A stretch of DNA of 64,000 bases from positions 2,571,288 through 2,635,287 of the forward strand of contig OY781964.1 of assembly GCA_963677485.1 (NCBI GenBank), in the 5' to 3' direction. The notes beneath the pieces were generated by a model. The model was not told where the DNA came from. It was given only the letters and a program-made list of their open reading frames with translations, and searched no databases. Source of the DNA: Armatimonadota bacterium. GTDB lineage: Bacteria > Armatimonadota > HRBIN16. This document shows, in pieces, positions 38,692 to 47,821 of this stretch; positions within the stretch are counted from its first letter, which is position 1; the number at the start of each line of letters is the position of its first letter. A program made the translations under genes and the position numbers.

Positions 38692-39983
38692 AAAAGCAGA
38701 TATTGGCCATTCTTCCAGCACTGGGGGTCATGGTGATTACCTGGGGGGCACCAAGGCTGCTGAACTATGTTCATCAGTTGAACACGCCGTCTATTGTTGG
38801 TCCCATGGTTCCGTATGGGGTGCCGGACGCGCAGCTGCCTCCTCCACCAGATGGTATGATGCCCGCACCCGCCGGTGATTCAATACCTGGCAATGTGCCA
38901 ATGCCGTATCCTGGTGATGCCAAGATGTCCCACCCCACAACCGGATCATTCCCAAACCTGCAAATCAACTGGGTGTTGATATGGGTTGTGGTCGCTATAG
39001 AACTAGGACTATTTGGCAGATTGATATGGGCTGTCACACAACACCGATCTGAGCTTCCTGGCCATGCCCTATTCTGGGTTGTAAGCCAGGCGATTTTATC
39101 TGCATTTTTGAGTCAATCCTCCGTCTTCGACGTCATGGCTCATGGGATACTCCGGCCGATTGGCTTCTGCTTGATCGCTATCTCAATGGCAGGCACGTTG
39201 GTTGCGCTCAGCGAACTCATTATAAGGAGGCACATGCTATTTGGTGATGATGTTGTTGAAGTGCTGATGCATTTTGACAACCACACCGGGACGTCTTTGA
39301 TGTTGATGTATTTCTGGCTCATCCCGATGTTGAATGCCGGAATGTATTGGATACTGAGTATCCAAGTGATTTTCACGATCGGTGTGCAGATATGGGTTTG
39401 GCTAAGCTCAGATGCTTTACGAACATCGCTACGGCGCAGAGTGGACCCAGCGGCGTTTGACGTGCTTGAACAGAGCATCGCCAGGCTGCGCATATCGATG
39501 AGCAACCACTATCCAGGTAGACATGTCGATATGATGGCAAACAAAGAAGGCGACCACATTATCTCTTCGATGTCTCACCTAGATGGTAGTATTTCGGTGA
39601 GTGTGGCGGCGTTGCAGCAGCTCACCGACGAGGAAATGCTGGTGCTTTCGGCGATGCAAGCGGTGCGGCCTTTTTCCTATCGGTTACTCGATATACCCAA
39701 CACGATGACGTTCATGTTGGTAGGGATAGCTGTGATTGTATCAGATGGTCTATCCATGTTCTGGCTTATGTTGGTGCTGATACCGGTGCTCATGTCCGAA
39801 TACTACCGCCGGAATCTAGCTGTGGCAGCCGACCGGCGGGCCATTGACCGGTTGAACATGGAGAAGACCGCAGTGGCGGTGCTGCAAAAGCAGATTGAGG
39901 GCTCGACCGGTGAGGTTCGCAAGGGGCTGCTCATCCGTGCAGGTGCCATCTTCAAACACGGCGGAATTCCGTTGACTGAGTAG
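38688..39983 (+). CDS. membrane protein, paralog 3 (more divergent; same degenerate M48-like C-terminus)
   Basis: Its start overlaps the stop of paralog 2 (ATGA). C-terminus reads LTDEEMLVLSAMQAVRP ... YYRRNLAVAADRRAIDRL. Confidence 0.5.
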   Translation: MKKQILAILPALGVMVITWGAPRLLNYVHQLNTPSIVGPMVPYGVPDAQLPPPPDGMMPAPAGDSIPGNVPMPYPGDAKMSHPTTGSFPNLQINWVLIWVVVAIELGLFGRLIWAVTQHRSELPGHALFWVVSQAILSAFLSQSSVFDVMAHGILRPIGFCLIAISMAGTLVALSELIIRRHMLFGDDVVEVLMHFDNHTGTSLMLMYFWLIPMLNAGMYWILSIQVIFTIGVQIWVWLSSDALRTSLRRRVDPAAFDVLEQSIARLRISMSNHYPGRHVDMMANKEGDHIISSMSHLDGSISVSVAALQQLTDEEMLVLSAMQAVRPFSYRLLDIPNTMTFMLVGIAVIVSDGLSMFWLMLVLIPVLMSEYYRRNLAVAADRRAIDRLNMEKTAVAVLQKQIEGSTGEVRKGLLIRAGAIFKHGGIPLTE

Positions 39984-39998
39984 AGCCGTCGTGATTCT

Positions 39999-41579
39999 GT
40001 GTTCGCCCTGTGTTTATACGCCAGTTGGAAGGTTGTTGAACCAGCCAGTTTCGTCCGTAAAGGAGACATCATGCCGCGTAAAATGTTGATTCTGCTGCTC
40101 TGCGGGGCGATGATGCATTACTTCCTCGGGTTCATACCAAGGGGCATCGTGCCCAAGGATGTGAACCATCTGCTATCAGAGCAAATCAAGCAGATAAAGG
40201 AGGGTTACCGGCCGCCGGCTGTCATGCCAAAAAGCTGGCTGGTCATTACTGCAGGTAGCTCTTATCGAACGCTGCTTTACCTAAGCGAAAGCAATCCCGA
40301 CCAGCAAGCCGTTGAGCGCGCGTTCACAAAGATGGGTGCGCTGCCTGGCGAGGTCACGTCCGGCATGAGCGGCCGCCGTTACGTGATGCGATGGCACCAC
40401 CAGTGGTCATACTTTGGCCGGTTATATGCATCCACAGACCTGTATCCTGAGAATCTCCGCCTTCGGTTTGTGCGTGCCATGGGGCTGTCCGCACAAACCC
40501 CAACGATACCGATGATGGTCTGCGTAGACAAATGCGCCGCGCTGGATCCTAAATCGTATGGCTACGGCGAGTCGGGCAATGAGTTGATGGTCGTTAATGG
40601 GAAGTTCGTCGCAGATGAGGTTCTGAATATCAGCCAGTGGATTGACTGGTACCAATGCATATTCTTCGTGGCGTTTGTGATCGGGTTTGTGTGGGATATG
40701 CTGAAATGGCGAAAAAATCATGACAAACGGTCGAATCTACAACTGCCATTGATGCAGCACGTGAAGATATTTAGGCAGACAACAAGCATGGTATTGGTCG
40801 TGATGTTCACATTTCTAAACCATAATGGATATCATGAGTTGTTTGGCAACGGGCTTATAGATATGTGGGCAGGTGGGACGCGAAACATATTGTTGGGGTT
40901 AGTTTTATTTTCACCGATCCTGTGTTATGTGTTGGCAGCGGCGCCGATACGATACCACCTCAAGGCTGACCTGTCGAAAGCGGTATCACAGCAGCACGAG
41001 CGATTTCCAATCCTTCAAAAGACACTTTCTAACATAATATACAAGCGATCGAAACAGCTACGGCATGAAGACTACATCCTGGCAAAGTGTGACAGCCTCG
41101 ACCTGATGGGAGTTCTGCTTTCAGTCGACCACAGCAGGAAGATCGTGTTCGTGCCGCCAATGGCACGGTTGGGTATGGATGTCGCCCAAATTGACTTCTG
41201 GATCACGCGAGCACTTCAGGACCCTCACAGTCGACGCAACTACGACATGGCGGTCGGCTTATGCCTACTCGCCGCGGGCGGTTTCACGCAGATTATGGGA
41301 TACCGGACAGCATCCATCATACTGCAGGTTGTTTTTTTGGCCATTGTGTTTCTGTGGATCGGTGGAAGGTGGGGTATTGAGACGGTCAGGAACACCCGTG
41401 CCGACCTCGCTGCCATCGCGGTAACAGGTGACCCAGAAAGTGCCAAGCGGGCGATCAACCGGCTGTTTGGCAACGGCAAGACCGGTGCGATCGAAACCCC
41501 CAAACGCATACTCACCATCGATGCGAAATACCCACCCGCTGCGAAGGCTGTCGAGAAGGTGCTTGAAGCCGTTCCGTAG
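39999..41579 (+). CDS. signal-peptide membrane protein with periplasmic N-domain and degenerate M48/HtpX-like C-terminal region, paralog 4
   Basis: Signal peptide MPRKMLILLLCGAMMHYFLGF. An extracytoplasmic domain of about 190 aa, then TM helices, then RNTRADLAAIAVTGDPESAKRAINRL (compare the HtpX motif REFHADAGSAKLTG...ALQRL). No HEXXH anywhere in the protein. Confidence 0.55.
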   Translation: MFALCLYASWKVVEPASFVRKGDIMPRKMLILLLCGAMMHYFLGFIPRGIVPKDVNHLLSEQIKQIKEGYRPPAVMPKSWLVITAGSSYRTLLYLSESNPDQQAVERAFTKMGALPGEVTSGMSGRRYVMRWHHQWSYFGRLYASTDLYPENLRLRFVRAMGLSAQTPTIPMMVCVDKCAALDPKSYGYGESGNELMVVNGKFVADEVLNISQWIDWYQCIFFVAFVIGFVWDMLKWRKNHDKRSNLQLPLMQHVKIFRQTTSMVLVVMFTFLNHNGYHELFGNGLIDMWAGGTRNILLGLVLFSPILCYVLAAAPIRYHLKADLSKAVSQQHERFPILQKTLSNIIYKRSKQLRHEDYILAKCDSLDLMGVLLSVDHSRKIVFVPPMARLGMDVAQIDFWITRALQDPHSRRNYDMAVGLCLLAAGGFTQIMGYRTASIILQVVFLAIVFLWIGGRWGIETVRNTRADLAAIAVTGDPESAKRAINRLFGNGKTGAIETPKRILTIDAKYPPAAKAVEKVLEAVP

Positions 41580-41584
41580 CGGTG

Positions 41585-41935
41585 CTGATGCATGCGGCGG
41601 TTTGCCTTTATTTAACCACGAATGGACACAGATGAACGCGGATACCGGAATCCAACGCAAAGGCGCAGAGGGGCAAAGAGCGCAATGGTTCAGTTCGAAT
41701 CGCGGACAAAGCCGACCACCCAGCACGGTCATATACCTTTGCGTCATTGCTTCTTGGCGTCTTTGCGTTGAATCCCGTCCGTGTAATCCGTGGTTCAGAC
41801 AATTTGTAACCACGAATGGACACGGATAGACACGAATGGACACAGATGAACGCGGATACCGGGAATCTAACGCAAAGGCGCAGAGGGGCAAAGGGCGCAA
41901 AGTTGCTGATGACCGCATCCGGTTCTTGACAAGCC
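41585..41935. repeat. cluster of family-A-related MITE copies
   Basis: Repeated aaccacgaatggacacagatgaacgcggataccggaa, acgcaaaggcgcagaggggcaaag and gtccgtgtaatccgtggttcagac motifs. An almost identical cluster follows the next paralog at 43545-43990. Confidence 0.55.
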
Positions 41936-42034
41936 GGAAATTGCAGGTTAACCTTATCCTTAGTAAACGTATGTAGTGGTGTATATTCATGAGACAAGAT
42001 CACATTCACCAATACCGAAAACCAAGAAGCCATT

Positions 42035-43540
42035 ATGCCGCGTAAAATGCTGATCCTGCTGCTCTGTGGGGCTCTAATGCATTACTTCCTCGGGTTCATG
42101 CCGAAGGGTATCGTGCCCAAGGATGTGGATCATCTGCTGTCTGAGCAAATCACGCAGATCAAAGCAGGTTACCAGCCGCCAGCGACAATGCCGAAAAACT
42201 GGCTGGTGATTGCCGCCGGAAGCTCCTATCGAACCCTGTTTTACCTCAGCGAAAACAAGCCCGACCAGCAAGCCGTTGAGCGCGCGTTCACAAAGATGGG
42301 TGCACTGCCAGGCGAGGTCACCGCCGGTATGAGCGGTCAACGTCATGTGATGCGATGGCACCACCAGTGGTCGTACCTGGGCCGGATATATGCTTCGACA
42401 GATCTGTACCCTGAAAATCTCCGCCTTCGGTTTGTCCGCGCCATGGGGCTGTCCGCACAAACCTCTACATTGCCGATGCTGGTGTGCGTAGACAAATGCG
42501 CCGCGCTTGACCCACCACAATATATCGACAGCGCGAACCGCGATGAGTTGATAACCGTGCAAGGACCGTTCGTCGCGGGCGAAGCGTTGAATATCAGCCA
42601 GTGGATCGCCTGGTGGCTGTGGCTTGTGTTGGCAATATTTATGTTTGCGTTCATTTGGGAGATGTTGGCACCGCGTGAACATGACAAACGGTCGGACCCG
42701 AAAATGTCGCTGATGCAGCATGTGATGGCCTTTAAGCAGATAACAAGCGCTGTTGTAGTTGGGCTGTTCCTATTTCTGAACCATGATGGACTTCAAGAGA
42801 TGCTTGGCAACGGGCTAGTCGATCTATGGGCGGGTGGGACGCGAAACATATCGTTAGGATTAGTTTTATTTTTACCGATCGCGTGTTTTGTGTTGACTTC
42901 GGTGTCGACAAGATATCGCCTCAAAGCCGACCTGTCGAAAGCGGTATCACGGCAGCACGAGCGACTTCCACGCCTGCAAAAGACCCTCGCGGAGATCGTC
43001 TACAAGCGATCGATGCAAATACGGCATGATGACTACATCCTGGCAAAGTGTGACCGTCTCGACCTGATGGGAGTTCTGCCCTCAGTGGACCATAAACGGA
43101 AGATCGTGTTCGTGCCGCCGATGGCGCGGCTAAGCATGGATGTCGCCCAAATTGACTTCTGGATCACGCGAACACTACAAGACCCTCGCAGCGGACGTAA
43201 TTGGGATATAGGGATCGGTCTTGGCGTGCTCATCGCAAGCGGTGTCACGCAGATCATGGGATACGACAACGCCTCCCTCATACTGCTGCTTGTTTTTTTG
43301 GCCATCGTGTTTCTTTGGGTAGGGGGCAATTGGGGTTATGAAGCGGCCAAGAACACTCGGGCTGACCTGGCTGCCATCGCCGTGACAGGCGACCCCGAAA
43401 GTGCCAAGCGGGCGATCAAGCGGCTGTATGGTTATAGCAAGAACGGTGCTAAGGAGACACCGAAGCGTATACTCGCCATCGATGTGAAATACCCGCGCGC
43501 TGCGGAGGCCGTCGAAGAGGCAGTCGAGGCTGTTTCGTAG
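42035..43540 (+). CDS. paralog 5 (about 75% identical to paralog 4, estimated by eye)
   Basis: Same signal peptide and domain order as paralog 4. C-terminus reads RADLAAIAVTGDPESAKRAIKRLYG. Confidence 0.55.
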   Translation: MPRKMLILLLCGALMHYFLGFMPKGIVPKDVDHLLSEQITQIKAGYQPPATMPKNWLVIAAGSSYRTLFYLSENKPDQQAVERAFTKMGALPGEVTAGMSGQRHVMRWHHQWSYLGRIYASTDLYPENLRLRFVRAMGLSAQTSTLPMLVCVDKCAALDPPQYIDSANRDELITVQGPFVAGEALNISQWIAWWLWLVLAIFMFAFIWEMLAPREHDKRSDPKMSLMQHVMAFKQITSAVVVGLFLFLNHDGLQEMLGNGLVDLWAGGTRNISLGLVLFLPIACFVLTSVSTRYRLKADLSKAVSRQHERLPRLQKTLAEIVYKRSMQIRHDDYILAKCDRLDLMGVLPSVDHKRKIVFVPPMARLSMDVAQIDFWITRTLQDPRSGRNWDIGIGLGVLIASGVTQIMGYDNASLILLLVFLAIVFLWVGGNWGYEAAKNTRADLAAIAVTGDPESAKRAIKRLYGYSKNGAKETPKRILAIDVKYPRAAEAVEEAVEAVS

Positions 43541-43544
43541 CTGT

Positions 43545-43990
43545 GCCGATGAGTGCGGCGGTTTGGTTCCATTTAACCGCGAATGGACACAGATAGACAC
43601 GAATGGACACAGATGAACGCGGATACCGGGAACCCAACGCAAAGGCGCAGAGGGGCAAAGGGCGCAATGGTTCAGTTCGAATCGCAGACAAAGCCGACCA
43701 CCCAGCGGTCATTTACCTTTGCGTCATTGCATCTTGGCGTCTTTGCGTTGAATCCCGTCCGTGTAATCCGTGGTTCAGACAATTTGTAACCACGAATGGA
43801 CACGGATAGACACGAATGGACACAGATGAACGCGGATACCGGGAACCCAACGCAAGGGCGCAGGGGTGCAAAAGCGCAAAGGTTCTGTTCGAGCCGCGGA
43901 CATAGACGACCATCCAGCGCGGTCATATACCTTTGCGTCATTGCTTCTTGGCGTTTTTGCGCTGAATCCCGTCCGGTTCCCCATACACAC
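43545..43990. repeat. cluster of family-A-related MITE copies (duplicate of 41585-41935 with an extra unit)
   Basis: Same motif order as the upstream cluster, with additional acgaatggacacagat repeats. Confidence 0.55.
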
Positions 43991-44057
43991 TCTACGCAGG
44001 ATTGCGAACTCCCGTTGCCGAACTATACAGCGATTGTTTGTTTTAGGGAGTAACTCC

Positions 44058-45662
44058 ATGAGGTTCTTTGCCGTAATGATAGCACTGTGTAGCTGCGCTG
44101 CGTTGGCCCAGACGCAAAAGCCGTTCCAAGTGGGTATCGAGCTGCCCACTATGTTGCCAGTCGACCCCACCGTGGAGCTGATGTTGAAGGACCTTGGGGT
44201 GAACTACCTCAACTTCTATACATTCAACAACTACGGCCCGCCGGAGCAGGATGCCATGGCGGTGTATGACGCGCAGGCGGCATTGGCGAAGCGGCTGGGG
44301 GCGAACTACCAACTGGCGTGCCACCACATGGATGTGCCCGAGGCGGTGGTGCGCAAGGCGGCGCAGGACCCGCTCTGCCAAGGTGTGATCATTGATGAGT
44401 TGGAGCACATCCGGCTGCTGTGGCGAGTGGCGGGACCCTCTGCGGCGGTGCTCGCTGACCCAGCGACCTTCACCGACCTCTATGATGCCCACGACAAATC
44501 GGTGGCGGCCTGGCAAAAACTGGCTGATAAGTATCGCGGATACGGTCTGACCAACTTCAACAGCACGCACGTTTGGCCGGTGCTGCTCTCGGTGGCGGCG
44601 AAAGGCGGATGGAACCCCACGCCAAAAATCTGCAAGGAGTTCTACTCGCCGGTTTCGCTTGCCATCGGCATGGGCGCTGCGCTGCAGTATGAAAAACCGC
44701 TGATGGTAGACTGTGACCTGTGGTTCTGGGATCTGCTGCCCGGTCACACGCCCGAGGAGTATCGCAGCAATCTGCTGCTGGCCTACTGGAGCGGTGCGGA
44801 CGGCGTATATACCGAGGGTGCCGGGTTCAACCTGTATCCTGCGGGTCGGCAGGGGTTTCCACACACCCTCATGGCAAAGCTGACCGACACGGAGTATTCG
44901 CTCACAGCCCATGGCGAGATACTGCGCTGGTTCATTAAGGATTATCTGCCGAAGCACCCGCGTGCCTGGAGCTTCCGCGACATCCAGCCGGATGTGGCGA
45001 TCATCCGGTTCGAGGATAGCTGTTTTGGCCAGCGTTTCAGCAATATGCCGGACACGCTGTATGGCAGCGAGAAGCTGAAGAGCGATGCCGACACCGAGGC
45101 CTGGTTCCAGATTTGGAACGTGCTGACGGGTGGCAAGACCGGCCGAGACGGTATCAGCATGTTCCGAGCCACCCAGGGCATGTTTGGCCTGGAGTATGTT
45201 CCGCACACCACGCGGCGCGACAGCTACCTCACCCGGCCCATGATGTCGGGTTCGCACAACTTCTGGACGCCCCTGAACAACGTGGTGGTGTTCGACGACA
45301 CCGTGACCGCGGAGCGTCTGGGGCAGATCCCCTGCCTGTTCCTCACAGGCAAGCGGATCAGTGATGAGACTTGGCTGGCGGTTCAAGAGCGTGTGAAGCA
45401 GGGGGCGACTTGCGTGATCTGGGCTCCGCTGGCGAAGAAGCTGGGGCTGGAACCCAAGGGCGACATCACTGAACTGACCATGGGCAAGGGCAAGATGATC
45501 ATCACCACCGATTTTGGGCTGACACCGGTCACCACCGCCGTGTGGAGCTTCATCGGCCGCGCCGACCAGATCCGCTACCGCTTCAAGCAGGGTGAAGTGG
45601 TGTTTAAGACGCTCGACGAAAACAAGGTGGATGTTCAGACCACGGTGTATCCCAACCCGTAG
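44058..45662 (+). CDS. secreted hypothetical protein (possible glycoside-hydrolase-like TIM barrel)
   Basis: Signal peptide MRFFAVMIALCSCAALAQ. 534 aa. Ends with TAG, directly followed by a GC hairpin. No family assigned. Confidence 0.45.
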   Translation: MRFFAVMIALCSCAALAQTQKPFQVGIELPTMLPVDPTVELMLKDLGVNYLNFYTFNNYGPPEQDAMAVYDAQAALAKRLGANYQLACHHMDVPEAVVRKAAQDPLCQGVIIDELEHIRLLWRVAGPSAAVLADPATFTDLYDAHDKSVAAWQKLADKYRGYGLTNFNSTHVWPVLLSVAAKGGWNPTPKICKEFYSPVSLAIGMGAALQYEKPLMVDCDLWFWDLLPGHTPEEYRSNLLLAYWSGADGVYTEGAGFNLYPAGRQGFPHTLMAKLTDTEYSLTAHGEILRWFIKDYLPKHPRAWSFRDIQPDVAIIRFEDSCFGQRFSNMPDTLYGSEKLKSDADTEAWFQIWNVLTGGKTGRDGISMFRATQGMFGLEYVPHTTRRDSYLTRPMMSGSHNFWTPLNNVVVFDDTVTAERLGQIPCLFLTGKRISDETWLAVQERVKQGATCVIWAPLAKKLGLEPKGDITELTMGKGKMIITTDFGLTPVTTAVWSFIGRADQIRYRFKQGEVVFKTLDENKVDVQTTVYPNP

Positions 45663-45663
45663 G

Positions 45664-45692
45664 GGCGACCGGCGGTCGCCCTTGTTGGTGGG
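45664..45692 (+). terminator. GC-rich hairpin, candidate intrinsic terminator
   Basis: ggggcgaccggcggtcgccc is a perfect 9-bp stem, followed by ttgttggtgg. A second hairpin ggggcaggcccccgtgcctgcccc at 45796-45819 lies downstream of the convergent M42 gene. Confidence 0.35.
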
Positions 45693-45697
45693 GGATT

Positions 45698-45733
45698 CAA
45701 TCCACAGATTACACAGATTACGCAGATTTGTGG
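45698..45733. repeat. solo family-A TIR-like fragment
   Basis: aatccacagattacacagattacgcagatttgtgg. Confidence 0.4.
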
Positions 45734-45869
45734 GGCGATGGGACGTGACGTCTGGCGTAGGGGCGGGGTCACCCCGCCCACCACACCCCAACCCGTAGGG
45801 GCAGGCCCCCGTGCCTGCCCCATATAACCATAGCCCCATGGACGGGGTCACCCGCCCCCCAAATCCAGC

Positions 45870-46940
45870 CTACGCCATGGGACGGAAATCGGTGCTGGCG
45901 TTGATGCGGCGTACAAAGCCTGCGATCAAGCGCACACCGTTCTGCAGATCGGCCATACTCATCACCTCGCAGGGGGTGTGCATGTAGCGTAACGGCACGC
46001 TGATCAACCCGGTGGCCACACTGGCCCGGTTGAGCTGCATCATGTTGGCGTCGGTACCGGTGCCACCGGGGTTGACCTCAATCTGAACCGGGATGTCATC
46101 TTCCTTTGCGGTCCGCATCAGCAGATCAAACACCACAGGATTCACATTGGCACCACGGGTGATGCTGGGGCCTTTTCCGCACACGGTTTCGCCAAATCGC
46201 TTCTTGTCCGCGCCTGGGAAATCAATGCTGTGACACACATCCACCGCCACACCCACCAGCGGGTCGATGCCGTAGGCCGCCGTCTTGGCGCCTCTCAGTC
46301 CGATCTCTTCCTGCACGGTCGCCACGCTGTATAGACCGCAACCCAGATTGGCCTTCTCACTGCTCAGTTCGCGCAAGACCTCGGCCACCATCCAGGCACC
46401 CATCTTATCGTCAAAGCCGCGTGCGCACACCATATCGCCCAGCAGCTCTTCCATTTCATACTGATACGTAATGGGGTCACCCAGGTTCACATATTCCATC
46501 GCCTCGGATTTATCTTTAGCCCCGATATCCACCCAAACTTCGTTCAGCGTGGGCATTTTAGACCGCTCATCGGGTGTCATCAGATGGATGGCGCGTCGGC
46601 CCATTACCCCGGTGATGGTGCCCTTGGTGCCATGCACGTTCACCCGCTGCCCAAAGGGGATCAGCACATCGTGCCCTCCCACAGGAGCGACATACAGCAG
46701 CCCCTCATCGCTGACATGTTTTACCAAAAAACCGAGTTCGTCCACATGTCCACTGATCATCACCCTTACTAGCGAATCGGGGTTGATGACGGCGATGGTA
46801 TTGCCATGAAGGTCGGTAGATATCTGGTCGGCGTAAGGTGCCAGATAGTCTCGATAGCATTTGGCCGCCTGCTGTTCATATCCGCTGGGACTTGGCATAT
46901 TCGCCAATTGGGTGAGGAAGTTATAACTCTCAGATTGCAT
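45870..46940 (-). CDS. M42-family aminopeptidase (FrvX/YpdE-like glutamyl aminopeptidase)
   Basis: N-terminus LTQLANMPSPSGYEQ...VMISGHVDELGFLV is the M42 metal-binding His/Asp region. 356 aa. Confidence 0.8.
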   Translation of the reverse strand: MQSESYNFLTQLANMPSPSGYEQQAAKCYRDYLAPYADQISTDLHGNTIAVINPDSLVRVMISGHVDELGFLVKHVSDEGLLYVAPVGGHDVLIPFGQRVNVHGTKGTITGVMGRRAIHLMTPDERSKMPTLNEVWVDIGAKDKSEAMEYVNLGDPITYQYEMEELLGDMVCARGFDDKMGAWMVAEVLRELSSEKANLGCGLYSVATVQEEIGLRGAKTAAYGIDPLVGVAVDVCHSIDFPGADKKRFGETVCGKGPSITRGANVNPVVFDLLMRTAKEDDIPVQIEVNPGGTGTDANMMQLNRASVATGLISVPLRYMHTPCEVMSMADLQNGVRLIAGFVRRINASTDFRPMA

Positions 46941-47139
46941 GACATCATCTCCAGACCGAATTTATGGGCAATTCTGCCCGTAATTCTCATTTTACACTCA
47001 ATTCAAAATATACTGCATTAAGTTCTACTAGTATAGACAAATTTACGCTAATATGAATACACACTTTCCATGTCCGCGGCATTTTAGTTAAAAATACCTC
47101 TCAAAATTCGCATTTATTTTTACATTTTAGTCACTATTT

Positions 47140-47168
47140 CGTTGAATAGTGGCCTATAAGAGGGTATT
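47140..47168 (+). promoter_or_regulatory. candidate Pmra promoter
   Basis: TTGAAT, a 17-nt spacer, then TATTCT, inside a roughly 400-bp AT-rich intergenic region shared with the divergent M42 gene. Confidence 0.35.
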
Positions 47169-47198
47169 CTAAGTCTGTTGAGGCAAAATCAACAGTAA

Positions 47199-47232
47199 AG
47201 TGGGTGCAAAGTGGTGTCAAACTGGGTGCACT
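47199..47232 (+). promoter_or_regulatory. MraZ-box-like direct repeats
   Basis: aGTGGGtgcaaaGTGGTgtcaaacTGGGTgcac: three (G)TGG(G) boxes spaced about 10-12 bp apart, between the putative promoter and the mraZ start codon. Confidence 0.45.
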
Positions 47233-47371
47233 TTACATCCGATTTTTGTCCATACCGCAAACAAGGCGAGTGAAACCGAAAATGTCCGATGAATCCAATC
47301 AGATTGAGCAGTTCGTAAACAACTCTTTGGCTGAAGAGAAGTCTGAGCCCAAGATGAGCCCGCTCGCGCAG

Positions 47372-47821
47372 ATGCAGGGCTACTCCGAACACGCTCTCGA
47401 TGAGAAATGTCGGTTGATACTGCCCGCTCGATTTATCAAGTGTTTTGAATCCAGGCAGATGGTCATCACCCGCGGTTACAGCCAGACGCTGTGGATATTC
47501 CACCCCAGCACATGGCAGCAGCTGCAGCAGCAACTGGCTACCATGGCCAATACAAATGCAAACAGCTTATCGCTTCAGCGGTTTTTCGCAGGAGCGGCCG
47601 AGTCCGTGCCCATCGACAGTGCCGGACGGTTTATGGTACCACAGCATCTTCGAGCACTGGCAGATATTCAACCATCAGCAAAAGATGAAAAGCCAGTGGT
47701 GCTCCAAGGGGTGCCCAACCGCATAGAGATATGGTCCAAGGCTAAATGGCAGAGCTACAATATGCAGCTTACCGATGACGATGTCATGTCGGCGATGGAA
47801 GCCACAGGCTTCTCGTTTTGA
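47372..47821 (+). CDS. mraZ: transcriptional regulator MraZ
   Basis: MQGYSEHALDEKCRLILPARF matches the MraZ N-terminus (M.G...lD.KgRl.lPa.fr). Length about 150 aa from this ATG; the longer ORF would overlap the MraZ boxes. Confidence 0.8.
   Translation: MQGYSEHALDEKCRLILPARFIKCFESRQMVITRGYSQTLWIFHPSTWQQLQQQLATMANTNANSLSLQRFFAGAAESVPIDSAGRFMVPQHLRALADIQPSAKDEKPVVLQGVPNRIEIWSKAKWQSYNMQLTDDDVMSAMEATGFSF

Noticed and set aside
41680-41710. tRNA-like T-loop sequence ggttcagttcgaatcgcgg (also at 43670)
   Set aside because: Lies inside the MITE clusters. No acceptor/anticodon arm pairing is evident and it deviates from GGTTCGAATCC. Treated as a repeat motif.
44043-45851. 602-aa ORF on the minus strand
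   Set aside because: Entirely antisense to the signal-peptide-bearing + strand gene 44058-45662. Composition is Arg/Gly/Pro-rich, typical of a GC-rich antisense frame, with no motifs.
47204-47371. 56-codon N-terminal extension of the mraZ ORF
   Set aside because: The MraZ N-terminal consensus aligns with the ATG at 47372. The extension would cover the MraZ-box repeats and give a protein about 55 aa longer than typical.
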